64,000 bases of DNA from an uncultured Chthonomonadaceae bacterium (GTDB taxonomy: Bacteria > Armatimonadota > Chthonomonadetes > Chthonomonadales > Chthonomonadaceae): contig CAWFQB010000004.1 in NCBI GenBank assembly GCA_963817895.1, positions 896,001 to 960,000 on the forward strand, in the 5' to 3' direction. The notes under the pieces are model-generated. The model did no database searches. It was not told where the DNA came from and was given only the letters and a program-made list of their open reading frames with translations. A program made the translations under genes and the position numbers. This document shows, piece after piece, positions 39,643 through 50,965 of the stretch (the stretch's first letter is position 1; every line of letters begins with the position of its first letter).

Positions 39643-42098
39643 ATGCGCTACATACGCCAATCGAATAATCAGCGCGTGATTGTGCCGGAAGCCACCCCCA
39701 TTGGTGTTGGCGGCGAGGCGCGGGTTTTTGCCGCGTCCGCCGATGGGCGTTTGGCGGCGAAAATTTATCATCAGGCGACGGACACGCAGGCGCGGAAACT
39801 CGCCGCCATGCTTGCCAATCCGCCCGATGATCCCATGTCGGTCGCAGGAACATATCTCCATCGCGTGGCCGCTGGATACGCTGCATAAAATGTACGGCGA
39901 TCAGGGTTTTGCGGGCTTTCTGATGCCCCGCGTGTCGGGTATGCGCCCCCTGTTCAATGTGTACAACCCCTCCACGCGCCGACAGGAACTGCCGCTTTTC
40001 AACTATCTGTACCTGCATCGCGCCGCCCGCAATGTGAGCAGCGCGGTTCGCGCCCTGCACAACCGGGGCTATGTCATCGGCGACATCAACGAGTTCGAAC
40101 CTGCTTGTCACGGAAACCGCGCTCGTTACGCTGGTGGATACCGACTCGTTTCAGGTGCGCGACGAGAAAACCGGAACCGTGTACCGCTGTCCGGTCGGCA
40201 AACCCGAATTCACGCCGCCGGAACATCAGGGCAAAAACTTTCGGCAGATCACCCGCGCGGAAACAAGCGACCGTTTCGGGTTGGCCGTGCTGATTTTTCA
40301 ACTGCTGATGGAGGGGGCGCATCCGTTTTCCGGCGTGTATCAGGGCGAAGAAGACCCGCCGCCCTATGAAACCCGTATCCAGAACGGGCATTATACCTAC
40401 GGAACGCGCCCGACGCCATTCAAACCCATGCCGCTTGCCCCGCCAATCACAATTTTGTGCTCCCAATCTCCGCGCCCTGTTTCTGCGTTGTTTCGAGGAG
40501 GGACACGCTGCGCCCGACTTGCGCCCCGACGCGGCGACATGGGCAAACGCGCTGATGCAGGCCGAAGACGCGCTTGTAACCTGTGCCCGCAACGCGCAGC
40601 ACCGTTACGGCAATCATCTATTGGCCTGCCCCTGGTGTGAGCGAACGGAACAACTGGGCGGGCGCGATCCCTTTCCCCTGCAAACATCCGCAGCCCTACG
40701 TCCGTCCGGGCCGCGACACGCGCCGCGTAGAACCCAGACCCGACACTACGCCCCCGGCCATGTAAGAGCAATTGCCTCCCACGCCCGGACACACGCCAAC
40801 AGTAATACGCCTGTACCTCTCCAGTCACCAGCCACCAGTCACCAGTCACCAACCTCCCCAACTGGCCGCTCGCGCCAAGCGTTCCAGCCCTCCACTACCG
40901 GCAATCCGGGGAACGTGAATTGGCCGGCGATGCCCAACTACCCGGCGGCGACCTGGACCGCGCTGAGTTTCATGATTTTGGCGCTGATGGTTCCCGGCTT
41001 TCACCTGTTCTTCGCCGTATTCGCGATGGCTGCCGCGCTTGTGGGCTGGTATATGCGGTAAAGCCGGAAGGTGGATGGCGGTCCTGTCGGGCATTACCGG
41101 CATGATTGTCGCGCTTGTCATACTGGCGGGCGCGGCGAACCGTTCGCTTGTGGTTTCCGATCTCCGCGCTATTGAAGAGAAAGGCCCCGTCCGTTCCGTC
41201 GCGTTTTCGCCGGACAGCCGAACCGTTGCCGTCGGCACGGAACGCAACGAGGATCAGCGACTGATTAACGGCGAGGCCGCGCTGTTCGATGTGCAGACGG
41301 GGGATATGACGCGCCGGTTCGTGCAGAATATCCGGCCCTTCCAATATCGCGTCCGTCGCGTTTTCGCCCAATGGCGGCCTGTTCGCGGCAGGCACGAGCG
41401 CGGTTCTGGAACCGGGAAGCGTGAAACTGTGGGACACGCGGACGTGGCGATTGCGGCAGATTTTGACCGGTTTCAAAAGCGATGTGGAAAGCGTCGCTTT
41501 TTCTCCTGATAATATGCGGCTGGTGACAGGAAGCCGGGACAGAACTGTGGAAATATGGGATGTGGCAACCGGGGCCGCATTGCGGCTGCTGGATGCGCCT
41601 GGCGAGGTGTTTGCGGTTGCCGTTTCGCCGGATGGAACTCTGATTGCGGGGGGAAGCGGCTCGGCGGGTTCGGGCGAACCGGGGCGCGTCAGCGTATGGG
41701 ACGCGCATACGGGAACCCTGCTGTGGTCGAAGAAAGGGCATAGCGAACGCTGTACCTCGGTTGTCTTCTCGCCGGACGGCCAATCGCTAGGCAGCGCGGG
41801 CAACGACAATACAATTCGCCTGTGGAACCCGCGTACCGGTAATCTGACCAAAATGCTGGAAGTCACCGGCGTCCTGACCGTCAACAGCATGGCCTTTTCC
41901 CCGGACAGCCAAAAAGTGGCCTGCGGCGGCAGCGATGGCAAAGCGCGTTTGTGGGACATTGCGAAGGGAAGCATTTTGCGCGCCTTCCCCGGCAACGACG
42001 CGACCATAGAAACCATCGCCTTCGCGCCAGACGGCAAAATGCTGGCCTGCGGCGACCGCAACGGCGTCGTTAACTTGTGGCGCATACATGAGAATTAG
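39643..42098 (+). CDS. YegI-like Ser/Thr kinase + Zn ribbon + TM helices + WD40 beta-propeller (about 5 frameshifts; the WD40 part could be a separate gene from ~41075)
   Basis: GVGGEA.V, AAKIYH, IAWP, VIGDIN.SN.LV, LVDTDSF, PEFTPPE, DRFGLAVLIFQLLMEG.HPF, C....H.Y..HL..CPWC; then Pro-rich linker, TM helices and about 7 repeats of V.SVAFSPDG...A.GS.D....LWD. Confidence 0.85.
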
Positions 42099-42175
42099 GG
42101 GTAAGGGATAAGAACAATGCGCGAGTTGAACAACGCTCTTCCTAATCACTTACCCCTTATCCCTTATCCCTTACC
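42096..42175. repeat. Inverted heptamer arrays (GGGATAA / TTATCCC)
   Basis: TAGGGGTAAGGGATAAG...CTTACCCCTTATCCCTTATCCCTTACC, starting at the stop codon. Confidence 0.75.
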
Positions 42176-42193
42176 TGAGAGGAGTGTGAAATC

Positions 42194-43020
42194 GTGAAGA
42201 TTGGAATCAATCGCTGGACATTGCCGCCGCATTTGCCGCTGGCGGAATGTTTTACTTTGGTGGCGCAGGCGGGGTTTGACAGCATCGAAATTAACATTGC
42301 CGAAGATGGCGAGTTGACGCCTGCGACGGATGAGCAGGGCGTGAAAGCGTTGGTAGCGCTGCGAAACAGGCGGGCGTGGGACTGTCGAGCGTGTCAACCG
42401 GGCTAGGCTGGAAATACCCGATTACGTCACCGGACGAGGGCGTGAGGAAGCAGGGCGCGGAGAACATTCGGGCCTCTTTGCAGGCCGCAAAGTGGATGGG
42501 CGTGGATACCATTCTGGTCGTGCCGGGGATTGTCAGCGATACGATTGCCTACGATGTGGCGTATGAGCGGGCGAAAGCCGTGCTGAAGGAAGTGGCTCCC
42601 GTCGCGCAGGATTTGGGCGTATCTGTGGGCGTGGAAAACGTGTGGAACAAGTTTTTGCTGTCGCCACTGGAATTTGCCCGCTTCATAGATGAGGTAAACG
42701 GGGAAGCGGGAACGGACAGCATTGGCGCGTATTTCGATGTGGGCAATGTGCTGCTGTATGGCTACCCGGATCAGTGGATACGCATTTTGGGCAAGCGTAT
42801 TAAGAAGGTTCACGTCAAGGACTTCAAAACGGGCATCGGCAACGGACGCGCGTTCTGCAATCCGCTGCAAGGGGATGTTCCGTGGGCGCGGGTTCGGACG
42901 GCTCTGGAAGAGATCGGCTATGACGAATACATCACGGCGGAAGTGGAGGGCTACAAGACCGAGTTTGAGGTGGGCTTGAAGCACATTCAGGAGTTGCTGC
43001 GGGCGGTGTTCGGTGGCTGA
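42194..43020 (+). CDS. Sugar phosphate isomerase/epimerase (AP-endonuclease-2 TIM barrel; one frameshift)
   Basis: AGFDSIE, LVVPG, VENVWNKFLLSPLEF, YFDVGN, VHVKDF, GDVPW, ITAE. Confidence 0.9.
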
Positions 43021-44271
43021 AGCGGAAGTAGAACCGGAAAAACTCCGCGCCGGGATAACGCGCCTGAGCCGTACCGTAATCGCGCTCGGCTTTGTCAGCC
43101 TGCTCACGGATATGTCCAGCGAAATGGCGTATACGCAGGTACCCATTTACCTGACGGGCGTGTTGGGCGTCGGAGCGGTTTCCGTCGGCCTGATCGAGGG
43201 CGTGGCGGAAAGCACGGCCAGCCTGATGCGCCTCGTGTCCGGCTACTGGTCGGATAAAACCGGTAAACGCAAGCCCCTCACGGTTCTTGGCTATAGTTTC
43301 GGAGCCATCAGCAAACCGCTCATGGCTCTGGCGTATGCGTGGCCGCTCGTCCTCCTCCTGCGCTTCGTAGATCGTTTCGGCAAGGGATTGCGAACCGCCC
43401 CCCGCGACGCTCTGATTGCGGAAACCACGCCCAAAGAACTGCGTGGGCGGGCGTTCGGTCTGCACCGGACAATGGACACAACCGGCGCGGTACTCGGCCC
43501 ACTCCTCGGACTGGCCTTTCTAGGCTGCCTGCACCGCTACGCCCACAGTTACGATTTAGGCCACAACCTGCGCCTGCTCTTCCTGTTCGCGGGCCTGCCC
43601 GGTCTGTTCGCCGTCCTGACGCTGCTGTTCGCCGTAAAAGAAGAAAAGGAGAAAAGGAGAAAAGGAGAAGAGGAGAAGGCGCAATCGTCAATTAGCAAGC
43701 CTGAATCAAAATTACGTCTGCCGATATGGAAAGACCTACAGCCTGCCTACAAACGTTTTCTGCTGGTGATTTTGCTGTTCAATCTGGGAAATTCCAGCGA
43801 TGCGTTTCTGGTATTGCGGGCAACGCGAGTTTGGGCTTTACGCCGTCACAGATTTTGTGGCTGTACGCGGCGTTCAATGTGGTGGAAGCGGTTCTGGGCT
43901 ATGGCGCGGGCATCTTGTCTGACAGGGTGGGGCGGCGTCCGCTCATCATTGCCGGCTACAGCGTGTTCGCGCTCGTGTATCTCGGTTTCGGATTGGCGAG
44001 TAGTAAAACCGCAATCGTGGTTCTCTTTTTGCTGTATGGCCTCTACTACACCTTAACGCAGGGCGTACAGCGGGCATTTGCCGCCGACATGGCCGAACCC
44101 GCGCAGCGCGCCACGCAAATCGGCGCGTACCATACCATTGTCGGCCTCGCCCTGCTGCCCGCCAGCCTGATAGCGGGTATCTTATTCGACCTCAACCCCG
44201 CCCTGCCCTTCTATCTCGGCGCAACCACCGCCTGTCTCAGCGTCCTCCTGCTCGTAACACAAAAAAGGTAA
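43013..44271 (+). CDS. MFS transporter (frameshift near 43825)
   Basis: LGFVSLLTDMSSEM, GYWSDKTGKRK, DRFGKGLRTAPRDALIA, GRAFGLHR.MD..GA, LSDRVGRR. Confidence 0.92.
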
Positions 44272-44568
44272 ACCACGGAGAACACGGAGGATGAGGAGAG
44301 GATTGGGAACCGCCGAAACACACGAAATAAACGAAAAGGAAAAACAAAAAAGAGAAAAATGCAAAGGCGCAAACACGGATGACACGGATGTAGAAGATAG
44401 AGTTCGGAATTTCCTGAGTAATCCTGTTTATCCTGAAAAATCCCGTTAATCCTGTCTATTTCCCTGTAGCCTGTTTTGTTCTTTTATTTTTCCTTTTTTC
44501 GTTTGTTTCGTGTGTTTCGCGGTTCCCACTCTCCTCTTCTCCTCTTCTCCTTTTCTCCTTTTCTTCCT
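44271..44568. repeat. Nested cluster of nonamer/octamer arrays with a ~55-bp inverted repeat, between convergent MFS genes
   Basis: ACCACGGAGAACACGGAG; GGGAACCGCCGAAACACACGAAATAAACGAAAAGG.. (44304) pairs with ..CCTTTTTTCGTTTGTTTCGTGTGTTTCGCGGTTCCC (to 44527); ACACGGATGACACGGATG; (ATCCTGNNN)n; (CTCCTCTT/CTCCTTTT)n. Confidence 0.8.
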
Positions 44569-45971
44569 CTATCCCATTGACTCGCTTTCCAGTTGCGTAG
44601 GGCGGGGCGCATGAAGGGTGAACAGGGCGAGGAGGAAGGAGCCGATGAGGGCCAGTCCGCACATCAGGAAGGGCAGGCTATGCGCGGGCAGAGTGAGAGG
44701 GCCGAGCGCGATTGCGCCGAGCGGGTACAGCCATGCGCTGAAAGAACTGCCGGTAATCGCGCCCACCCCCTGCGCCGTTGCGACTGCGCCCACAACCGCG
44801 CCGCGCTGACTGGAACCCGCCTGTTCCGTCACAAGCGCCATCCACGCGGGAAACGCGAGGGAAAAGCCGGTTCCAATCAGGGTTCCCAATCCGATGAGAG
44901 TAAGATGGGACGGGAACAGCAGCAGCAGCCAGTAGGCAACCATGCACAACCCGATGCCCGCTTTTACAGCCAGCGCCTTGCCGATTTTATCGCCCAGTTT
45001 CCCCATCGGCACGGAAAGGACGCCGATGAACAGGGCGGGCAACACAAGCGTATTGCCATACCCCCGCTCCGTCATATGGAACGGCCCGCCGGGTTCCATA
45101 GCATACGTCTTAATGTACAGCATGATGAAGCCGATGCCCAAAAACGTCACAAACGTCATCAGCAGCGTCATGGGAATACGCTTCAGCATCGCCTTCAATT
45201 CGTCAAGGTGAATGGATTCGCCCGTGTGTCCATCCTTGCCGGTAACAGGCGTGAGTTTCGGCACAAAGATAATTGTGGCGATGGTGGTGAGCGCGAATAA
45301 TACTGCCGCTAAATAAAAGGACGCTTCTTTGGAGTGCGCCAACGACATGTGCAGATCGGCTCGCGCCCAATGATTGATATTGCCGCCAAGAGACGGGCCG
45401 ACAGCGATACCGAAAATATACGCGACGTTGAACAGGCTCATGGCGGTCGCGCGCCGTTCTTCGGGAACGTGGTCGCCAATCAGACTGAACACAGCAGGCC
45501 ACAAAGCCGCCGCGCCCACACCGTCTAGAACGCGCAGGCAGACGAGGGCGTAGGGATTATGCACGAGCGGGGTGAGCAGGGCGGTAAATGTGGACAAGAT
45601 GGGGCCGGCAAGAATCAGCGGTTTGCGCCCGATACGATCCCCAATGCGCCCATCGGCCCCTTCAATGCGCCTTCCGTCAGTAGAAACGACGTGCCGATAA
45701 TGCCGACCCAGCGTACATCAAGGTGGGCCGTGTCTTTGATAAACACTGGCATGGCAGACAGGTTCACCAGCGCATACGCCAGTTCCGCCGAAGCGGACAC
45801 GAACATAATAGCGATCAGCAGCGCCATCACGCTTTGTCGCCAGTGCGTTTCTACCGGGATGGAGGCGGGCAAGGCAGGTATGTCAGCGGGCTTCCCGTTA
45901 TGAGGCGCAGAAGAGGGCGGCGCTGCCTCCGTGGCGGCTTTCACCGGCTGCGAAGATGATGAGTTATTCAC
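44569..45971 (-). CDS. MFS transporter (frameshift near 45640)
   Basis: 12-TM pattern; G.LGD.IG.K motif in both halves; LRVLDGVGAA. Confidence 0.88.
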
Positions 45972-46162
45972 GTATATCCCTCAAAAGAACATTATTTTGT
46001 ACTGATTGTGATTCGGCGTAAAACGCGCCACTGCGATATGCCTGCGGACTAATTTCACGGCGTACTACTGCATACGGGAATGACACGGCAAATCGCAGCA
46101 ACGCCACTCGTCACCGCAATCTCAAAGCCATCAGATAGATACCCGTAATTTCTATTCACGCC

Positions 46163-46197
46163 AAAAACTGCGCCGTCCGATGAGACAGACGGCGCAG
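46163..46197 (-). terminator. Intrinsic terminator
   Basis: 10-bp stem CTGCGCCGTC/GACGGCGCAG with U5 tract on the minus strand, 35 nt after stop 46232. Confidence 0.75.
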
Positions 46198-46231
46198 CAA
46201 GGGTCTGAGTTTCAGAGTAAGAAATGTGTCG

Positions 46232-47330
46232 CTAATCTATCGTCACTTCGCGCTTCAGTTCCGCCGACTTGTAAATGGCGTCCATGATTTTGGCGACCAT
46301 CAGGCCGTGTTCGCCGGTGACGAGCGGGGGCTTGTTGTCGCGGACGCACTCGACGAACGCTTTCATTTCCGCATGGTGCGTATTGATGTTGTTGCCGCCG
46401 GGAATTTTGGGCGAGTAGCTGAACACGCTGCGATGCCGCTCCTGCGTGATGCTGAACGGGTACGCTTCCGCGCCGCCTTCGGAACCGAGCAGGGTAACGT
46501 TATGTACTTCGTCCTTGATATTGGCGACGAAACTGGATTCCAGCACAATCGTCGCGCCGTTGTCAAAGCGGATTAAGGCGGCGGCCATATCCTCGACCGT
46601 GAAGTTCTTGTAATCCCACTGCCCCATGAAGCCCACAACGTCGTCGCGCTTGCCGAACTGCTGGTACGTGACGCCACTGGCCGCAACCGGTTTTGGATGC
46701 CCCATGAACCAGAGGGTCAGGTCGAGGACATGGACGCCGATGTCAATCAGTGGCCCGCCGCCCTGCTTGCTCTTGTCAATAAACACACCCCAGCCGGGAA
46801 TACCGCGCACACGCAGAGCATTGCGCGCGGGCGTAGTAGATGTCGCCCAGTTCGCCCGCGTCAATAAAGCGTTTCAGCGCCTGATTGGACGGCTGAAAGC
46901 GGCTGTTGTAGCCGATTTGAAGAAATTTGCCGTTCTTTCTCGCGGTTTCGACCATTTCCGCGCCCTGCTGCGCGTTCATGGCAATCGGCTTTTCGCAGAG
47001 GACGTGCTTGCCTGCGTTGAGCGCGTCAATTGTCGGCTGATAATGAACGTAGTTGGGAGTGCAAACCGATACCGCGTCAATTTCCGGCATTTCCAGTAGC
47101 TTTTTGTAATCCTCAAACTTGTGCGGAACATCCGGGTATTTCGCGCTCGTTTTTTCCAGCGCAACCGGGTCAATGTCGCAGATGGCGAAAATCTCGCAGT
47201 CATCGGGTATCTGCGAATAGCCGGGCAGGTGCGCGCCATTGGCAATCCCGCCCGTGCCGATCACGCCGATACGAACTTTCTTCTTGGGCGCGGCAACGGA
47301 TGTTTCGGAAAAGGGGCTTGTGTTCGTCAT
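46232..47330 (-). CDS. Gfo/Idh/MocA family oxidoreductase (frameshift near 46820)
   Basis: IGVIGTGGIA, VSVCTPN..H, GKHVLCEKP, GGGPLIDIGVH.LDL, VED.A. Confidence 0.93.
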
Positions 47331-47607
47331 AATGCCTGACTCCTTTGTGAGGTGAATGAAGGCAGCCAAGCCGAACGTCAGGAAGCAGGAAGCGGGCAAG
47401 GCTGTCGCGCCGCATAGTTCACCATGAGCGTAAAGAGTTCCTTCAAAATGACGGCAGATTTTCAACCCCTTTACGCCAGAACAAACAGGCTGATGTAGGG
47501 CAATTCAAATTCAATCAAACTCGTCCTCTGAAATCGAGCTGCTTATCACGTCTTTTGTTGGCGTTGTTGGCGGGTGGACGCCGAGCAAGATGAGAGCGCG
47601 GTGAAGA

Positions 47608-47904
47608 TTAACCACGCCTGTGGCGGCAATGCTCTTCCGGCGTTAAGTTTTCCGCACGGCGTTTTACGACCAACGCATCATATTCTTGCCAGAGTTCTTC
47701 GGGCAAGCCTTTGTTGATTTCCAGCAACAACTCGGACTCTTCACGCGACAGGCGCGGCGGCAATTCTCTTGACGAGACAGAAGCGCGGCATACTCGTTCC
47801 TGAAGCGTGTTCAGAATAAAGTCGCTTTCATCCATGCCGACTTTAGCCGCTTCTTCCTGCAATTGCGCCTGTAGTTCCGAGGGTAGGTCAAGAGTAACTG
47901 TCAT
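47608..47904 (-). pseudogene. Truncated antitoxin-like protein (type often found upstream of HNH endonucleases)
   Basis: MTVTLDLPSEL..QL.EEA...G...ESELLLEINKGLPEE....Y..L..KR..E.LTPEEH then an abrupt end; family assignment is from recall. Confidence 0.5.
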
Positions 47905-47928
47905 ATCATGCCTCCATAAGCGAGAATA

Positions 47929-48675
47929 TCATTCATACTCATACGCCTTGATCCATTCCAGACGGCTGAAGTCGTTCGTTTTGTGGTAATGTTCGCGTAA
48001 TGCTTCTAACACCTTTGGATAATAATACTCTTTCCGGCTATCCTGCGTGGCGTTTTCAAGAGTGATTTCCAATATATCTGCCCAACATTGCGCCGCGTCG
48101 GTTTCCAAAGCCTCAATAGCTTCCCAATAGGGGAGGCACAGGGGCAACATATTCTCATTTGATATTTCTTCGGCATCCAGGCTGTACGTCACCGGCGTAC
48201 ATGGATTAAAACGAAGCAGATTGATAATGGCGTAATGGTGTAACAGCAATTGCGCCGCGTGACAGGCCAAAGGCATGTTTGCGCGACGCATGGCATATTC
48301 TACGAGCAGTTTAATGGCATCATGAAAAACAGCCGTTCCGAACGGGCAATGCTGAATATATGTCCAGAGCGTCCGTTCGGAATTTTCCGGAGCGTCGAAA
48401 ATGCCGAAGTGGTAACGCAACCACAAAGGAAAAACATCACAGCCATGATGGGGATGTGCCGGGTTAAAACTATCATCAGCCGCGCGCTGGAAGCCGAGTA
48501 GTTCCTCTTTGAAACGGGAGAGTTCCAACGCCGTCAAGCCATCAGGAGCCATTACAATGTTTTGCAGTTTTTCAACTGCGCCATCTACGCCATCTGCATA
48601 GAGCGCATGGGTAACATTGCTGTGCAGAGTGAGGAAAAGTTCAGAAAACATTTCTGGCGTTATGTTATCGTCCAT
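47929..48675 (-). CDS. Hypothetical protein
   Basis: Intact 248-aa ORF, visibly more AT-rich than its flanks, 9 nt downstream of the Uma2 gene. Confidence 0.6.
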   Translation of the reverse strand: MDDNITPEMFSELFLTLHSNVTHALYADGVDGAVEKLQNIVMAPDGLTALELSRFKEELLGFQRAADDSFNPAHPHHGCDVFPLWLRYHFGIFDAPENSERTLWTYIQHCPFGTAVFHDAIKLLVEYAMRRANMPLACHAAQLLLHHYAIINLLRFNPCTPVTYSLDAEEISNENMLPLCLPYWEAIEALETDAAQCWADILEITLENATQDSRKEYYYPKVLEALREHYHKTNDFSRLEWIKAYEYE

Positions 48676-48684
48676 GTTGAAATG

Positions 48685-49236
48685 TTATGGCGATGGAAAT
48701 AGATTATCAACGGACATGCGCCAGTTAGGAACGGCAGGTTCCGCATCGGCAATTTGGCCGCGCTGGAAGATTACAGGCGTATTCGGACTGGTCGCGCTGT
48801 ACTTCTTTACCACATCAGGAATGAGCAAATCTACATCCCAAACAACCATCGTTCCGGCGGCGAAGTAATCGGCGCGTTTTGCAGCCATTTCCTGCTCGGC
48901 TGCCAGCCCGTAATCGTTTTCGCTGCGCACTTCGGCAGCGAAAACGGGCGCGCCCTCATAGAAGCGCATGCCCGGATCAGGCCCGGCAAAAAACGCCGCA
49001 TCGGGGCTGAAAGAGCCGCGACCGGGCAAATCTACGCGGAAACCTTTGTTGTCGCTGACAGCCCTGCCGTATTGGGATTGGCGCGCGTGAGCATGGAGAG
49101 ACACGAAGATTTCATCCCCGGCATAACCCGGCATTGCCCCTGTCGGACACAGATGTACAATCTCCCCATTGAGCAACTCCGCTTTGCCGGGTATTTCAAA
49201 GAGATCATCAATGGTAGCCCGCATTTGGGTTGTCAT
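48685..49236 (-). CDS. Uma2 (DUF820) family PD-(D/E)XK endonuclease
   Basis: ELLNGEIV, FSPDAAF, P.FAAEVRS, KRADYF.AG..VVW.VD, P.W...V..LF. Confidence 0.9.
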   Translation of the reverse strand: MTTQMRATIDDLFEIPGKAELLNGEIVHLCPTGAMPGYAGDEIFVSLHAHARQSQYGRAVSDNKGFRVDLPGRGSFSPDAAFFAGPDPGMRFYEGAPVFAAEVRSENDYGLAAEQEMAAKRADYFAAGTMVVWDVDLLIPDVVKKYSATSPNTPVIFQRGQIADAEPAVPNWRMSVDNLFPSP

Positions 49237-49285
49237 TTGCGTTTTTCTTCATTCAAGCCGTTGCCGCTCCCACATACTGCAACTC

Positions 49286-49306
49286 CCGAACACCGAATAC
49301 CGAACA
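49286..49306 (+). repeat. Heptamer array (CCGAACA)
   Basis: CCGAACACCGAATACCGAACA between yajQ and Uma2. Confidence 0.7.
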
Positions 49307-49311
49307 CTGCC

Positions 49312-49805
49312 TTATCGGTAGTTGGAAAACTCCACGTCGAAGGGCAGGTCTTCCTGTGAGCGGATGAGTTTCTGCACGGCTTGCAGCGCGTCTTTGTCCT
49401 TGCCGGTGACGCGCAGTTGTTCGCCCTGTATCTGCGCGTTCACTTTGATGCCCGCGTCCTTGATGAGTTTGACCAGTTTCTTGGCCTCGTCCGTCGGGAT
49501 GCCCTGCCGCAGCGTGATCGTCTGCCGCGCCGTGCCCCGCGAACCCGCTTCGATCTTGCCGTATTCCAGCGCTTTGAGCGAGATGTTGCGCTTCGCCATT
49601 TTGCCGCGCAGAATGTCGATGAGCGTGGTCAGATGAAACTCATCGTCGGAAAGCAGTTTGAGGTGTTGTCTTCCAGTTCCAGCGTACTTTTTGTTTCGCG
49701 AAAGTCGTAGCGGGACGCGATCTCCTTTTCGGTCTGGTCAATCGCGTTCTTCACTTCCGTCAAATCCACTTTGGAAATCACATCAAACGAAAATTCGGCT
49801 GCCAT
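49312..49805 (-). CDS. yajQ: YajQ family nucleotide/c-di-GMP-binding protein (frameshifted)
   Basis: [27 protein letters not shown]....AKKLVK.IKD...[19 protein letters not shown]...F.NYR. Confidence 0.93.
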
Positions 49806-49813
49806 GATAATTT

Positions 49814-50734
49814 TTACTCTCCTAACTGTTCTTTGCAGGTGCGCAGCAGGCCGTCTACCGCCAGTTTCAGCGACGTGAGCGCGTCCTGGATCTGGCGCAG
49901 TTCGGGGTGGGGCAGGCGCGACAGTTCCAGGCCGGACAGGGACGGCAAAAAGTCCATGATGCGCTGCGCGTGCGGGGAAATGCGAACCGGGCCGCTGCTC
50001 AGTTCCATATCTCCGACCGCGTCGGCAAGCGGGTCGCCCGCGTCCTGAAAAAACTTGACGAGATGATCGGAAGGGCTGTCCAGAATCTCTTTCGATTTTT
50101 CCGGGTGCTTTTTCAGCGCCTTGACCAGATTGCCCGTATCGTCGCTGTTGAGTTTCTGGTCGCGGATTCGCTCCACGACAGCCGTTTGCAGTTCCGGCTC
50201 CTCGTTCAGTTGTTTCAGAAAGCGGGCGTGTTTTTCCGTCAGCTGGCCGTCGGAGGGGCGGTTGGGACTGGAAACAATCGCTTCGCCGATGTCGTCGGGC
50301 AGGGCCAGCAGGTCGAGCAGATAGCCGACGGTACGCTCCGAAAGCGCGAGCCGTTTGGCGATTTCGCGGTTGGTCAGGTTCAGCGTGCCCTTGACGTGCT
50401 GAATGGCGCGTCCTTTTTCCAGCGGCTGCAAATCTTCGCGCTGCAAATTCTCGATCAGCTGTTCCGTCAGCCGCTCATCGGGATTGATGGCCTTGTCTTT
50501 GACGACGCACGGCATGGCTTTCAGGTGCGCCATCGTCGCCGCCCGCCAGCGCCGCTCGCCCGTCACGATCTTAAACTTGCCCGCGTCCTGCAAGGGCGTT
50601 ACGGTAATCGGGTTGAGCATCCCGTGCTGCCGGATGCTGTCGGCCAATCCCTGCAAACTCTCTTCGCTGTGATGCTTGCGCGGCTGATCGGTGTCTTCCA
50701 CAATCTGCGCGGTTTCTATCTGCTTGATTTCCAC
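49814..50734 (-). CDS. ParB/Spo0J family CTPase-domain protein
   Basis: QPRK....[55 protein letters not shown] before GTG. Confidence 0.9.
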   Translation of the reverse strand: MEIKQIETAQIVEDTDQPRKHHSEESLQGLADSIRQHGMLNPITVTPLQDAGKFKIVTGERRWRAATMAHLKAMPCVVKDKAINPDERLTEQLIENLQREDLQPLEKGRAIQHVKGTLNLTNREIAKRLALSERTVGYLLDLLALPDDIGEAIVSSPNRPSDGQLTEKHARFLKQLNEEPELQTAVVERIRDQKLNSDDTGNLVKALKKHPEKSKEILDSPSDHLVKFFQDAGDPLADAVGDMELSSGPVRISPHAQRIMDFLPSLSGLELSRLPHPELRQIQDALTSLKLAVDGLLRTCKEQLGE

Positions 50735-50748
50735 AAAATCTCCTCCGT

Positions 50749-50864
50749 TGGTGTTCGGTATTCGGTGTTTGGTGTTCGGGTCAATGCCAGAAGTTTGGAA
50801 GTTTACCTTAGTCGCGGCAAGAGCATGATCAGCCGAACACCAAACACCGAATACCTGAACACCT
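50749..50864. repeat. Inverted heptamer arrays (TGTTCGG / CCGAACA) in the parB 5' leader
   Basis: TGGTGTTCGGTATTCGGTGTTTGGTGTTCGG...CCGAACACCAAACACCGAATACCTGAACACC. Confidence 0.85.
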
Positions 50865-50880
50865 GTCTATACTGTGCGCC

Positions 50881-50909
50881 ATTATAGCACTCACAGGGAG
50901 ACGTGTCAA
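50881..50909 (-). promoter_or_regulatory. Consensus sigma70 promoter for parB-yajQ
   Basis: TTGACA-17 bp-TATAAT with TG extension on the minus strand. Confidence 0.85.
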
Positions 50910-50965
50910 CGCGGGCGCGTGGAAAAGTGGCGCGGCGGATGTGGCGGCATATAAAGAACGGGGAG

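Noticed and set aside
45972..46160. Possible riboswitch/ncRNA in longer intergenic regions (also 36940-37350, 47335-47510 and 60990-61260)
   Set aside because: No recognisable Rfam-type consensus by eye; an Infernal search would be needed.
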